A stretch of 64,000 nt of DNA. Origin: Glaucostegus cemiculus (Eukaryota). A program made the translations under genes and the position numbers. Positions 39,804 to 51,719 of this stretch are shown here, piece by piece. The stretch is taken from the NCBI GenBank assembly GCA_976551045.1, contig CDPCPM010000037.1, forward strand, positions 20,708,001 through 20,772,000. The letters are read 5' to 3'. The notes below the pieces were generated by a model. The model was not told the origin of the DNA. It made no database searches and worked only from the letters and a program-made list of their open reading frames with translations. Position 1 is the stretch's first letter; each line of letters begins with the position of its first letter.

Positions 39804-39894
39804 AAATAGGATCACTTTGATCATTAACAGAGACCCTGGACATGTGCCATAAATAGGATCACTTTGATCATTAACAGAGACCCTGGACATGTGC
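39804..39894. repeat. Perfect 44-bp tandem duplication (period 47)
   Basis: aaataggatcactttgatcattaacagagaccctggacatgtgc at 39804-39847 and 39851-39894. Confidence 0.95.
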
Positions 39895-40158
39895 ACGCAA
39901 ACTGATAACCTACTATCATAAATAAAGCTGTAAATCAACAATCCCAGCACAATAATGTGAGTAGTTTATCTTAACATGGACAATCTAAGTTGCTCTTCAA
40001 GAGGATAAAGAGCTGAAAACTTCCTGGCCTTAAGAACTCCAGCAGCGGCTTAGAAATTTGGCTGACCAACTCTAACTATAAAACTTCATTTACTGCCAGT
40101 TTATTCCCGCAAGATGCTGTTACACATTAGTCATTTTATGTAACATTAGTCATATCAT

Positions 40159-40410
40159 GGCGGCACGATAGCGTAGTGGTTAGCGCAACACTGTTACAGC
40201 GCCAGCGATTGGAGTTCGATTCCCGTCGCTGTCTGTAAGGAGTTTGTACGTTCTCCCGTGTCTGCGTGGGTTTCCTCCGGGTGCTCCGGTTTCCTCCCAC
40301 ATTCTAAAAAGACGTACGGGTAGGTTAATCTGGGGTGTTTAAAATGAGCAGCGTGGACTCGTTGGGCCGAAATGGCCTGTTACCACACTGTAAATAAAAT
40401 GTAAAAATTT
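40159..40410 (+). mobile_element. Young tRNA-derived SINE (copy C)
   Basis: CpG-rich; intact A/B-box-like head (tagcgtagtggttagcgc; gttcgattccc); AT tail. Confidence 0.9.
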
Positions 40411-41063
40411 AAATTTAAATTTTAACACACACTGCTACATGAAACAGAGTTTTAGCAGTGATGCCATATGAAAGACTCAAGTTACATTTTATCCATCTCA
40501 ATTCAGATCCACATTACCAATTACAAGATGCTTAAATCTGGAAAGTCTTGGATGAACAGATCATCAGGCTTGCACAAACAATGGCACACCAAAGTACATT
40601 CTGGTTATTCATACATAGGAGGCTATAATGTATTATGGCTGTTTTTAAGTTGATCACAAATCTCTCCCTACCATCCCAACTCCTGCTTTAAAGACCCCTT
40701 TAAAAATAATTACGACAGCTATCAATTACACACATACTTGATATTCAGAATTATGTTTATTTCAATGAACTCTTGCTCAATTAAGAAAGACACTATTTCT
40801 GTTTCCCACCATAATAATTTCCTGCTATCATAGTAAAGTCTCCAATAAGCAACGTAGGAAACTGACAGATTTAAATTAAAACAAATGCAAGCAGAAATGT
40901 CCCTTATTGTTATTTGCATTAAAATGTTCCTTATTGTTATTTGCATTATATAAAACATAAAGTGCAGTCGTCTTGTGATTATCGATACTGAGTGCAACAA
41001 TGATTATGGCTGGCTGTTAACACAGTACAAATAGCTGAAAGAATATTTTCAATCCCTGCTTAC

Positions 41064-41231
41064 CTGTGCAACACGACTTTTGAGTTCCACCCTTTCTATT
41101 TCCCAGGCTGATTTGGCATTTGCAAATTGTAGTTGAAGCTCATTTGTTCTCCTTCTTTCCTCTTTTAGTTCCGTGCACAGGTCCTTTAAAATCATTTTAA
41201 TGTCTCCTACAACTCTATTGTATTCATTTGA
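41064..41231 (-). CDS. SOGA1: SOGA1/MTCL2 coding exon G (168 nt; SNEYNRVVGDIKMILKDLC...AKSAWEIERVELKSRVAQ)
   Basis: ttttccag acceptor, CAG|GTAAGC donor; hand translation matches NEY...LK.LC..L..ERR...ELQ.QFA.AK..WE.ER.ELK. Confidence 0.93.
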
Positions 41232-42234
41232 CTGGAAAATATAAAAATCAGCCCAAAGTATTATTTCTGTTAAACAAAGTAAACATCCTTGCTATAGTGT
41301 ACATAATATATAGAGCTGACAATGCTCAGCCTTACAACTATCAATCAACTGAATAAAGTTGAAAAACCTGTAGCAGAACTGCATTATAGCATAATAAATG
41401 TTAATATTAATATCAGGAATAATTGCTGCCTTTATCAAACTGAATGACCTGGCAAGCACATCCAATGTTGGAAAAATAACTTAATAAGCAACAGGTAGCT
41501 AGAATTGTAGGGGACGGGGGTCTTATAAAAATCTTACAGACTAAATACCAATACTTCCCTGCTTTTCTGTTTGGACTTTCTGAAAACTTAAGTTTTATGC
41601 ATCTAAAGTAACCCAGGAGCTGCAATAAAGCAAGCTTCTAAAAGGTTGGAAAACAACACTGTACTTTCTAGTCTATTGCTAATGCATAAAAGCCAGCAGC
41701 TGGCTCATGGAATCCAAATTTAAGAAATGAGTAATAATTATTGTAGAGTACTTCTGAAACATTAGTGAATTGACAAACACTCTCAGGAATCAATGGCTTG
41801 TCCCCTATTCTTTCTAAACCATACAAATCATATAAATTAATAAGCTTGCTGATGACATTAATAAGTAGGACAAAGACACAGTGCTAAAAGATACCCAAAA
41901 CAATTTAAACCTTTTATCAAATGATAAAATAAATTTGTCAACACATAACAGATTAGTCATCCAACTACAGTGAAATCATATATATGCTGCAATAATTCCA
42001 ACACCCTGTGGTTTGAAACTCTTAAAAACAAAATTACAGTTAATGCTTATATTACACTATATCAAAACTGGAATGGTAGTAACATATAATTGCTACCCCA
42101 GTAAAAAAAAGGGTCAAACCCACTTGAGTTTATAATTGAGATGAACCTCGTATGTACTTAATATTTAATTTTGGTTAGTGCACATGACAGCAAATATTCC
42201 TTTGTATTGTGATAATTGACTTTTACTGGTGTAC

Positions 42235-42399
42235 CTGCTTTGGACGTGATGCAAGGACAGATTTCTCCACTGGAAGAGTCAAAGCCTCCTCCAAGGTTTT
42301 CTGAGACTGATCGTCTGTTGTCACTGTCTTATTGTCCATTTGGCGAGGGGTCAGCTCCTCTTCTTCAATCAGCAAATATAAATCTTTAACACTATTAAC
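42235..42399 (-). CDS. SOGA1: SOGA1/MTCL2 coding exon F (165 nt; VNSVKDLYLLIEEEE...LASRPKQ)
   Basis: tttggcag acceptor, CAG|GTACAC donor; VNS.K.LYLL.EEEE motif; phase 0/0. Confidence 0.88.
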
Positions 42400-42983
42400 C
42401 TGCCAAACACATTGAAGCACAGGGATTGTTCGACAGAACTGCACAAAGGACATGAATCACACAGCACAGTGCACTGTGACACATTGACAATGGCAGTTAA
42501 TCTTTTGCCATAGTATACAAATACATTAACAATCAATTTTAAAATGAATGGAGCACACAGCTTAAAAAGAGGGCAACCTTGACTTTCTGCTCCTCATGGT
42601 GAAATGCTCTTACCAAAATAAAGGACTTTAATGCACAAAATTATTTACCCATTTTTTTTGGTCAAAAATCTGTTCATTGTGCTCACAGAATTTTTCAAGT
42701 ATGCTCTCTTTCAGCAGGAGCCCCTTAATAGCACAGTTCCTTTCACTTATTATTGTTTGTTCAATTTGCTACATGCAGACTCTGAACTCACTACGTTTTC
42801 CCTCTAATTCACTAAGATTTACTTTGTGTAGCCATTTATTCCCTGATAATTAGATGAATTAACCAAAGTAACTGTATATCAATAGGAAGTTATATTTGTA
42901 TTAATTGCATGTATTTTGCAGCATTGGTGTTGTGCTGTTGGATTCAGATTTTCAAAAAGTTTTTAAGATTTGAAATAATGCAC

Positions 42984-43214
42984 CTCTAGTAAATCATCCC
43001 CATCATTATCCATCTTCTTGCCACATTTCCAGTGTTTCAGGAACCATTTCAGCTTCATATAAAGCAGGAAGAGGTTTTGCTTGAACTGATCAGCTTCCTT
43101 CACAAACAAGTTTTTCTCCTGGCTCCAGAATTTCTGCTCAAGTTTGGTCTGCAAACTCAGGCTCTGCAGCTCAAAATCTCTTCGCACAAGTGCCTTTTGT
43201 TGCTCCTCCTTAAG
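42984..43214 (-). CDS. SOGA1: SOGA1/MTCL2 coding exon E (231 nt; LKEEQQKALVRRDFELQSLSLQ...KWFLKHWKCGKKMDNDGDDLLE)
   Basis: ccttccatag acceptor, GAG|GTGCAT donor; LEQKFWSQEKN motif; phase 0/0. Confidence 0.95.
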
Positions 43215-43424
43215 CTATGGAAGGAATCATTGAAAACAGAAAAGCTTTAATCAGATTAATAGTGAAAGCAACCATCTAGGTGTTTCCTATCAGCAACTCA
43301 CGTTTCACTATGGTTCACTGCACACTTGTGTGCAGTATACAAAACAGATTTTATAGCTGATTAGCTCCATTAGTCTTGTTGAATTCCTAAAGTTCAATAA
43401 GATGGGCACAGGCATGGAAGTATG

Positions 43425-43680
43425 GGCAGGCACCGTAGTGTAGCAGTTAGTGTAAAGCTTTACAGTGCCAGCAACCCAAGTTCAATTCCCGCCACTGTCT
43501 GTAAGGAGTTTGTACGTACTTCCCATGTCTGTGTGGGTTTCCTCTGGGTGCTCCGGTTTCCTCCCACATTCTAAAGACGTATGGGTAGGTTAATTTGGGA
43601 GTTTAAAATGGGCGGCGTGGACTCGTTGGGCCGAAAGGGTCTGTTACCACGCTGTAAATAAAATTTAAAAATTTAATTTA
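43425..43680 (+). mobile_element. tRNA-derived SINE (copy B), same family as 40159-40410
   Basis: Shared core and gggcggcgtggactcgttgggccgaaagg...ctgtaaataaaattt tail. Confidence 0.9.
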
Positions 43681-44129
43681 GAAGGAATATGAACTGAATG
43701 GTTTACCCTGTGCTACAAACTTCAGTGATTCTATACTGTTGAATTTGGCAGTCATGAACTGTGATTTTCTTCTATTCATTTATGAGACGTGCATTTTGTA
43801 TTGCCTATCTTTAACCAGCTAGGTCGTTGGGCCAGTTCAGAGGATAGTTAAGAGTCAACTACATTGCTGGCATCCAAGGTCAAGAACCGGCCAAGCTGAG
43901 AAAGGACTGTAGGTTTCCTTCCCCACAGAACATTAATAAATAATCTAGAGCTGCACAGCCATGAATATTGATATGACTTTTATTTTTAAATTCTTCCAGA
44001 TTAATCTGTTTGAATCTAAATATTCTTCAAGTCACATTGGGGTTTTCAACACTTGTCAGTTAGTCTTGTAACCTAACCACAATGCTATGTTGCCCTATCT
44101 GAATGTGACGTACAACTTCACCAGAAAAT

Positions 44130-44500
44130 GGCCCCTCAAGCCTGCCTGCCACTCAAGATGATCATGGCTGATCTGCCCAGCCTCAGTTCCTCTTCTGCAC
44201 CAGTTCCCCATAGAAATGGGGAGCTCAATTCTTTCAAAAACTTATCCATCTTCTCTTTAAATACTTCCATTGGTCTAGCCTTCACAACTCTCCAGGGTGA
44301 GAATTCTGGAGATTCACCCTGCTCTGCAAAAGGAAATTTCTATGCACCTCAGTTTTAAATGACAACCCCCTTGTCATAATGTACCCTTTTTCGAGAATTG
44401 CTTGCTAGCCTATCCTGCCACGCTCACTTAGGATCTTACGTTTCAATAAGAACATTCCTCATTTTCCTAAACGCCTAAAGAATACAGATTCAACTCCTGC
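44130..44500 (-). mobile_element. CR1-type LINE 3' end fragment
   Basis: atcatggctgatctg...ccttcacaactctccagggt.agaatt tail motif shared with other CR1 copies in the window. Confidence 0.6.
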
Positions 44501-44588
44501 TGCTCATAATGGGGCAGCAAGGCCCTGCCAAAGACTCCCTGTAGTTGTAGAATAGGAATGTTAGCAAGTCAGCCAAAATTGATTAATT

Positions 44589-44679
44589 AAATGGTTCCCG
44601 ATATACAGGAAATCTGGCAAGAAAGTGAATAATGATGGGGATGATTTACTGGAGGTGCATTATTCAAAATCTTAAAAAC
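44589..44679 (+). repeat. Inverted copy of the SOGA1 exon E 3' end plus 5' splice site (42959-43049)
   Basis: Gap-free hand alignment, 80/91 identical to the reverse complement of 42959-43049. Confidence 0.93.
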
Positions 44680-44849
44680 AACCAAATACCATAATTTTGC
44701 ATTGCTTCTCCCTGAAGACCTGATTGCTCAAAATCTGAAAACACATGAATAATATTTGTTTTACTGGTTTTCTTTCTTGTTTCATTATTTAACGGATGCT
44801 GGCAGCCCAATGGAATTTCAACTAAATGTCCATTCTTTGTAAGTGGACT

Positions 44850-45092
44850 ATTTTTTTTTACTTTTATTTACAGTGTGGTTAACAGGCCCTTTCGGCCCAG
44901 TGAGTCCGCGCCGCCCATTTTAAACCCCCAAATTAACCTACCCGTACATCTTTCAGAATGTGGGAGGAAACCGGAGCACCCGGAGGAAACCCACGCAGAC
45001 ACGGGAGAATGTACAAACTCCTTACAGTCAGCGACGGGAATCGAACCCCGATCGCTGGCACTGTAACAGCGTCGCGCTAACCGCTATGCTAT
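44850..45092 (-). mobile_element. Young tRNA-derived SINE (copy A), inverted relative to copies B and C
   Basis: Reverse complement is closely similar to 40159-40400. Confidence 0.9.
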
Positions 45093-46816
45093 ATTACTAT
45101 GAGTAATTTAAGGCTGCGGGACTACGTGCCAGAATCCATGTGTGGAGATGCATAATCAAGGAATCGCAATCAGAAGCTAGTTCAGCTTTGCTATAGGCAA
45201 GTTTAGCATCTTTAATGTAACTCTAACAGAGCAATTAAATTTTCAGAAATCAGATACTGAATTTGCCTATACTGTTCCAAACAGCCAGTGCAAAACTGTT
45301 ATTTTCTCTTTTAAAGAATACAATCATAGGAAGTTATAACCCAGGAAGCCACTCAATTGTCACATCTGTTGCAGCTCTGAGTTACCCAATTAACAACATA
45401 TTGGAAGTGGATTTTGAGGACCAGTCAGCAGCATACTAAATAGAACAAAAACTAGATTAGGTATTAAGACATGATGACAGAGTAAAGGAGTACAGACAAA
45501 CTGATAGGCAACCAGCTTATACCTGAAAGGATTTGATTATACAAAAGCTACCTAATATTTGGAACAGACATTTGGCCAATGAAAGCAAGACTAAATACTC
45601 AAGAGCAACTTGGTATGATGGGCAGAATTGATTTTTAAGTAAACATGTGCCAAATGACATTACTTATCCATACCTGTTACTTTTCCTTTACAATAGCATT
45701 GAAGAGTCCAAACTATGATCACTGCATATTCACCAACTTCCAGCCCATTAGATGAAAAAGGGTCAAATTTTCCTAAACTGCAGTCCAACTTTCTAAACTA
45801 AATGCTTAATTATAAACAGATCTGAATTGATGCAGAAATCTCTTGAGTGCTAAGATGTATTTTATTCCCAACACTCAAGGATTCTCTGCATTCCCTCACT
45901 GGCCATCTGTGCCTTGGCTCCATTTGCTGGAAAATATCATTGCTGTGTCAGGGCTCTACAATGCTCCTTATTATACAATAAAAGAAACCTAAACTTGAAA
46001 CTGTGTCTTAAAATCTTTGTCCTAATCAAACTTTAACCTGCTTTTATAACGACAAAGTTCTAGCAACACCATGGTGTGTTCAATGAAAGAATTTTGTACT
46101 GGAAAATATGGCAGTATTTCCTCCAACCAAGGTGTGATTTTCCAAGATTTATAAAACCGGAGTTTTAGACTAAAACTCTTACTTCCTAAGAAATGTTGCT
46201 GTATTTTGTGCTAGTTCCTAGTCCAAACATCATTTTGTAGGGAATCTTCCTGGATAATTCTACGTGAAAAAAAAAGTTATGTCCACCACTTTACCCAAAT
46301 TAAAGGTTTACTGCCAGCATTAAGCGAAATATATGCATGACACGACCGACAACTGCATGCAGATAAAGTCCAATTGTCTCCAATTTTCTATCTGGGATAA
46401 GGATTTTTCCTGCTTGGATTCCCTTACTAACAGACATTCCCACTGCTTGTCATGGTGTTCTCTATCTGCCTGTTTCAGTCTCTCTCTCTCTCTTCCTCCT
46501 GTGGGAAAGCTACAGAATGATGGTCGGAAAGCATTCAATTTGTGCTCTTGCTCATTCCACAAGTGAAATCCTGTGAGAACAGCATTGCCTTGAATAGACG
46601 TTTCAATGATTTATGACAATTTCCCCGAACACGTTGTGTTACCTATTTGTTTCCATGCGAGATAATTAATTAAAATAAATTACTAAACTCTTCTAGAATT
46701 TGAACTGCTGTAATAAACTTGGCAAATAATTATTTCCTTCAGTGTCTTTTATGGACTTCACCTTACAAATCAAAATTTCTATCACGTGCAATTCAAAGAG
46801 CTCTTCTCAAACTGAC

Positions 46817-46942
46817 CTGTGACATTTTTTGTTGAAATCTTTCTGCGTCCTCATTCCGAAGCTCCCTTTCCTGAGCAAGCTGCTCCTGCAATCCTCGGAT
46901 AGTTTCCTTGGCTTCAGATAAATCAAGCTGGAGTTCCTTGAC
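46817..46942 (-). CDS. SOGA1: SOGA1/MTCL2 coding exon D (126 nt; VKELQLDLSEAKETIRGLQEQLAQERELRNEDAERFQQKMSQ)
   Basis: taactag acceptor, CAG|GTCAGT donor; hand translation matches KELQL.L.EA....RGLQEQL.QER of SOGA1. Confidence 0.93.
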
Positions 46943-48479
46943 CTAGTTAAATAAGAAATCAAGGTGAACGAATAGGGCTGCAAGGAATTTTTTCCAATAG
47001 TCCTCCTTTATCTTTCCAATCTTAATCATACTGTCACTTAACTTTTCTTAGCTGACTAGAAAGGCTAACGTTGGCTACGACATTGTCACAGGCACTGCAG
47101 CGAGGTTCTGAGATTATTAAAATTAAATTGCTTGTGCTGAGATGAAACCCCATTTAATGACCAGCTGAAAACCAATACGCCTGCAGCAAAGGTAGATTAA
47201 AAAATTTTTCAACACACCCCTATGAACTTTCAGTATGATGAAGAATGGAGAACAAAATACATCTAAACAATTCCCTGCAAAAGATCATGAAATGGCACTT
47301 GTGCTGCAAGTTCACTTCTTTGATTTTTGCTTTAAATGTCAACCTTTATGGAGTTTTGATTCCGATTTAGGAAAGAGCTAATCTTTTACTTCTCATTTCT
47401 TTAGAGCTGCATTTCTGCGACCACAGTTCAAACCTCTCAGCTTTCCTTCCTGACAGCATCTGTTAGTGGAGTGTGATGAGGATTTGAGGACAGATGAGAG
47501 CAGGTCTGATTACACCAGAAGTGCAATTCAATACTCCCAACCTCTCTAGAGTCCAGTTGCAACATAGTTAGAAGCTTGACAGCATCAAGGACAAAGTAAC
47601 TACTTGGTGCATCAGGGTTTGTATTATCTATATATAAAGTTGAGCAACATGCCAAGTTTACCGTGACATTATCTTTTTGACCACCGAAAAACACTAGAAC
47701 AGTAACATTATGGAAACGCCATTGCACTCAAATTACTTTCCAACTGTTATATGCCACAATTCCTTCATTATTTATGGGCCAATATCTGTAATTCACAACC
47801 TAATACCAACATCACCTAAAACTGCTCATGGGGAAGGCTCATCATTACCATCTCAAGAGAATTAGGGATAGGCATTAAATCTGGATACACACAAGATGAC
47901 AATGTTTCAGTTGCTCCAGTTCAGCAGGGAGATGCCTCGTTACTCAGCATAACCTTCTCTCGGCTTTTGTGAAGATGCCTGGAAGGGTTATTCCAAGCCA
48001 CTTCAAACATCAGCACTGTATCAGCCAATCAATGCTGCAACAATGCATATAATAGGTGCAGTCACCCTCAAATTTCCTACCACATCCCAGAGGACCACTG
48101 TGAATTGCCCACAGTATGTAGATGTGGGGTAAAATCTGGGGGAGTTGACGAGACTGTGGGGAGAACAAAAAATGGGATTACTGTAGATGGGAATTTCAAG
48201 GGTCAGCCTGGATCAGGTGAGCCAAAGGGCCTGTTTCCATGCTGTGTGACTCCATAGGAGTCATATACATGTGTTGTGAAACAGGTGTGAGGTCTCAGAG
48301 GCAAGGACTCTGAACACAGTCTTAGAGATAAATGATTTAATCACAGAAGACAAATGCGGGGAAATGGTAACAGGAACAACACACACACACACACGCATAC
48401 AGAGTACTTGGTATAGATAATCAACGAAAAACAATATTATAGCCACCACCCCTTGACTCAATGCAGGCACAGCTCTATG

Positions 48480-49190
48480 CTACCAGGGATATTAAATAAG
48501 ATGACCCCAACCCTTAAACAATGCACACCTCCCCAATGGTTTCTCCAGCGCTGTTTCATGATTCCTTGGCCTGGGATGAAGCAGGGTGAATCCCTCGGAG
48601 ACAAAGAGACTGAGCCAAGCACATATGGCACTCCTTATAGGGCTGGGGGGTCCAGCCCAGGTAATTTAAAAAGGCCGAATGGCCAGGTGTGCGCTGCTCT
48701 GATGGGTGGATCCAAACCTTGATTGGCAGTGGTGTGTCTTCCGACCAGGTAGGAGCAGTGCTGTCAGGTGACAGCCACGACCCCCCACAATACAACATGA
48801 TTTAACTAACATTTGTTGGAAGCTTGTTTTGGGGCAACAATTCTATAAATACAAGATTAATGATGCTCCAGTTTTCACAATGGCATCTGCAAAATTGCAC
48901 ATGAAATAACCGGGAAGATTGGAATGTTCTGCTTGCAGCCTCCATCAAGCAGCGGCATGCCAAGGGGAAGTTCTTTGTGGCATGCATACTTTCCTTGTTT
49001 CTCTACTGTATGGTGTTGGTGCTTCTCCCAAGGCTGCCAAACACGATCCTCATTTGCTCCTTATTGTTGTGGATGTTACAAAATATTCTCCCCTCTCTTC
49101 GCAAACCTCTTTTCCTGCCCTTGTTCCAGCAGCAGCTCCCGAGCTGCCTCCAAAAACGGCCCAGTCCTTTTGATTTTTTTCTGTGCAACT
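48480..49190 (-). mobile_element. Possible highly decayed Harbinger-type element
   Basis: Minus-strand PFLEAARELLLEQ (Myb/SANT-like) and TPLPIKV (transposase N-terminal-like) fragments; weak. Confidence 0.35.
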
Positions 49191-51032
49191 GAATAAAATA
49201 CCAACGTTTGCTGCAACAGACTTTGTAGCTGCCTAGGTGAAAATAATATGCCCTTTAAATAGCAGCATCAACCTTTAGGAACATCTGGCTGGCAGGAAGT
49301 GCTGTTGCCCAGGATTCAAAGTCCAGCATCAATCTACACAGGGAAATTGTGTATGCTTAATTAAAAAAAGCCCCTGTAGCTTGTACAAAATCAGCCAATG
49401 GGCAAGTGCAAATGTTAGTGTGGTCCAACGGGCTATAGGCCTGGACTGAAAAATCTATCCTCATGGACGGGACATGCAGCCATCATACGTCATACGGGCT
49501 TAAAATAGATGGGTAGTGTTCACTGTTGCTGGCTGTCTCCTAGCCTTTTCCCAAAATATCTATCTTCTCTTCATTCAACAATGTGTGGAGCTCCAACATA
49601 CCTGTCAGGAGTGACTATATAGTAATGAGCAAGTACGAGTTTTATATCTTTCTCCTGGAGCACTTGGGCCGACTGCAATTGTCTTTGAACAATAGATGCA
49701 ACTGGGATAAAAAAAAGTCTAAGAGTGGCACAGATCCTGACAATCCTGAAAGCTGAGGACTGTTTTGTATACTCCTATTATAACCAAAGTGTAACTGCAC
49801 AATATTGGAAGATGAACATGGATCGATGTTTATTTGATTAACCTGTAATTTCAAAATTCTGCAATTCTTACCTTTTTTCCCCCTTTCCAAGGCAACATTC
49901 CATTTGATTTTCTGAATGATTGGCCGCTTACCTAACATGTCCCTTTAGGCCTATAGATTAAGTATGCCCAAAAATAGCTATCTTCCTAAGTAAATTAACG
50001 TGTAATTTGCTTAACTCATGTCCATGGGCAGTTAGATGATGATCGTTTCCTAGGAGACTGACAGCTGGTATTAGCCTTAAAGACAGTGTCAGAAACAATA
50101 GCAAAAAGAAATGACTACACTTCTGTTTTATAAACCAGAATGTTTTTACATCTATAAAAGGTGTGACCACTAAAGAGTGGACTTTACCACCCTTGTTTGT
50201 CTATGTGCATCAATACATGTCATCTTCAAACTGCACACCTTATGCAACCTTTGCATAACCATAGGGAAATTTATTCTAACACAGGCAAATTTACTAAAGT
50301 ACTGTTTTATCTCACTCTTCCCACATGAACCCTCCAGTCTCCAAGCTGCACCAGCAGCCCACATCAGTTAACCTTGGAAGAACCAAGTTAATAGAAATCA
50401 AAACCAAAATTGCTGTCTTTTTGCAGTGAATGTCCGGACTGCTCACCTCATCCACCTAATCCCAATCCCCAGAAGCAGCCTCTCCACACAGTCATTGTGC
50501 AATTCATTATTGGATTTACACCAAATCCATGAAACAGCAGCACCCAGACCAGGTGGATACTCTTCTTAAAGTACAGTGGGGTATGTACCTGTAAGTGTTC
50601 AGACTGGAGGAACAACAACACTAGAACAAATCAGCTACACAAGGTACCAGAGATGAAAGAGATTAATGGCATTTCTACCTCATAACAACTGTAACACTCA
50701 ACTATTTGCATTTTCTTTCACAGCAAATACCAGGAAACAAAAAATCCCTGAAAGTAAATGCCTGAACACTCTTTGGGTACTTGTGTAGAAATTTATCATT
50801 TATTTCCAGGAACTTAGATCTTTTACACCTCAAAACACATTTACTTACATTTTGAGGAGAATAATGTAAAACATGAAGTAATATTCCTGATAAAAATATT
50901 GCATCTTCTCACCTGGGGAGATTTGCTTTTCATATGTTTGCAAAAAGGATAGTGAATGCTTAAAAAAAGTGTATATTTTCCATTATTAACTAGTACATTA
51001 TATTAAAGACATAAATAATGTTATAAATTTAC

Positions 51033-51179
51033 CTCTGTAGCGTAAGAGTCACTTTCTTCACGGCTATAGATGTTATAATCCTTGTTACCTTCCCGATATT
51101 CCTTGCTGTTGGTTCCACAGATCTCCGGGGTTTGACTCCCATCTTGCTGCCAGTCCACTTGATCCCTAAATTCAGGTTG
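51033..51179 (-). CDS. SOGA1: SOGA1/MTCL2 coding exon C (147 nt; QPEFRDQVDW...EESDSYATE)
   Basis: catgcag acceptor, GAG|GTAAAT donor; phase 0/0; resembles the P.FRD..W ... DSYA.E segment of SOGA1. Confidence 0.9.
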
Positions 51180-51719
51180 CTGCATGCATGGGCAAGTTAA
51201 TGAAAACAAAACAAAGGATAGGGAAGGAACAAAGAAACAAAAACTGGGTATAGTAAACATTGAAAAAACTACAAGACAAAGAAAAGTATGAAAAGGAAAA
51301 ACATCTTTATTACAGTGGCATATGAGAGTGTTGTAAACAAAATCAAAAAGACAATGACTAAAATTATGGGCTGATTTGTTTGAAAAAAAAGAGAAAAGAG
51401 AAGAAAAAGTGTGCAAACACCAGTTATGGTGCTCATGCAGTGAATGATGCAGGGATTAAACCAGCAACATGCAGGCAATAGAGCTCTGATTCAAATTAAG
51501 AGTGTGCATGCACTTCTAAGAAACATTCTCTCAATCAATAAAAGATTGTGAACCCAAGTCAGGACTAAACTACAAAAGCAGCAGACTGATTAGCAAGGAA
51601 GGCCAATATCCAGCTTACCCTACTTGACACACTACTTCTCTGATAGTCAGATTATAAGAGAACAAATCTAATTAACAGTGCATCCCACTTCAAGTTTCAT
51701 TTACTCCTATCTTGATAGT

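Noticed and set aside
40159-40235. tRNA-like sequence
   Set aside because: It is the tRNA-derived head of a SINE and continues into the SINE core; not a tRNA gene
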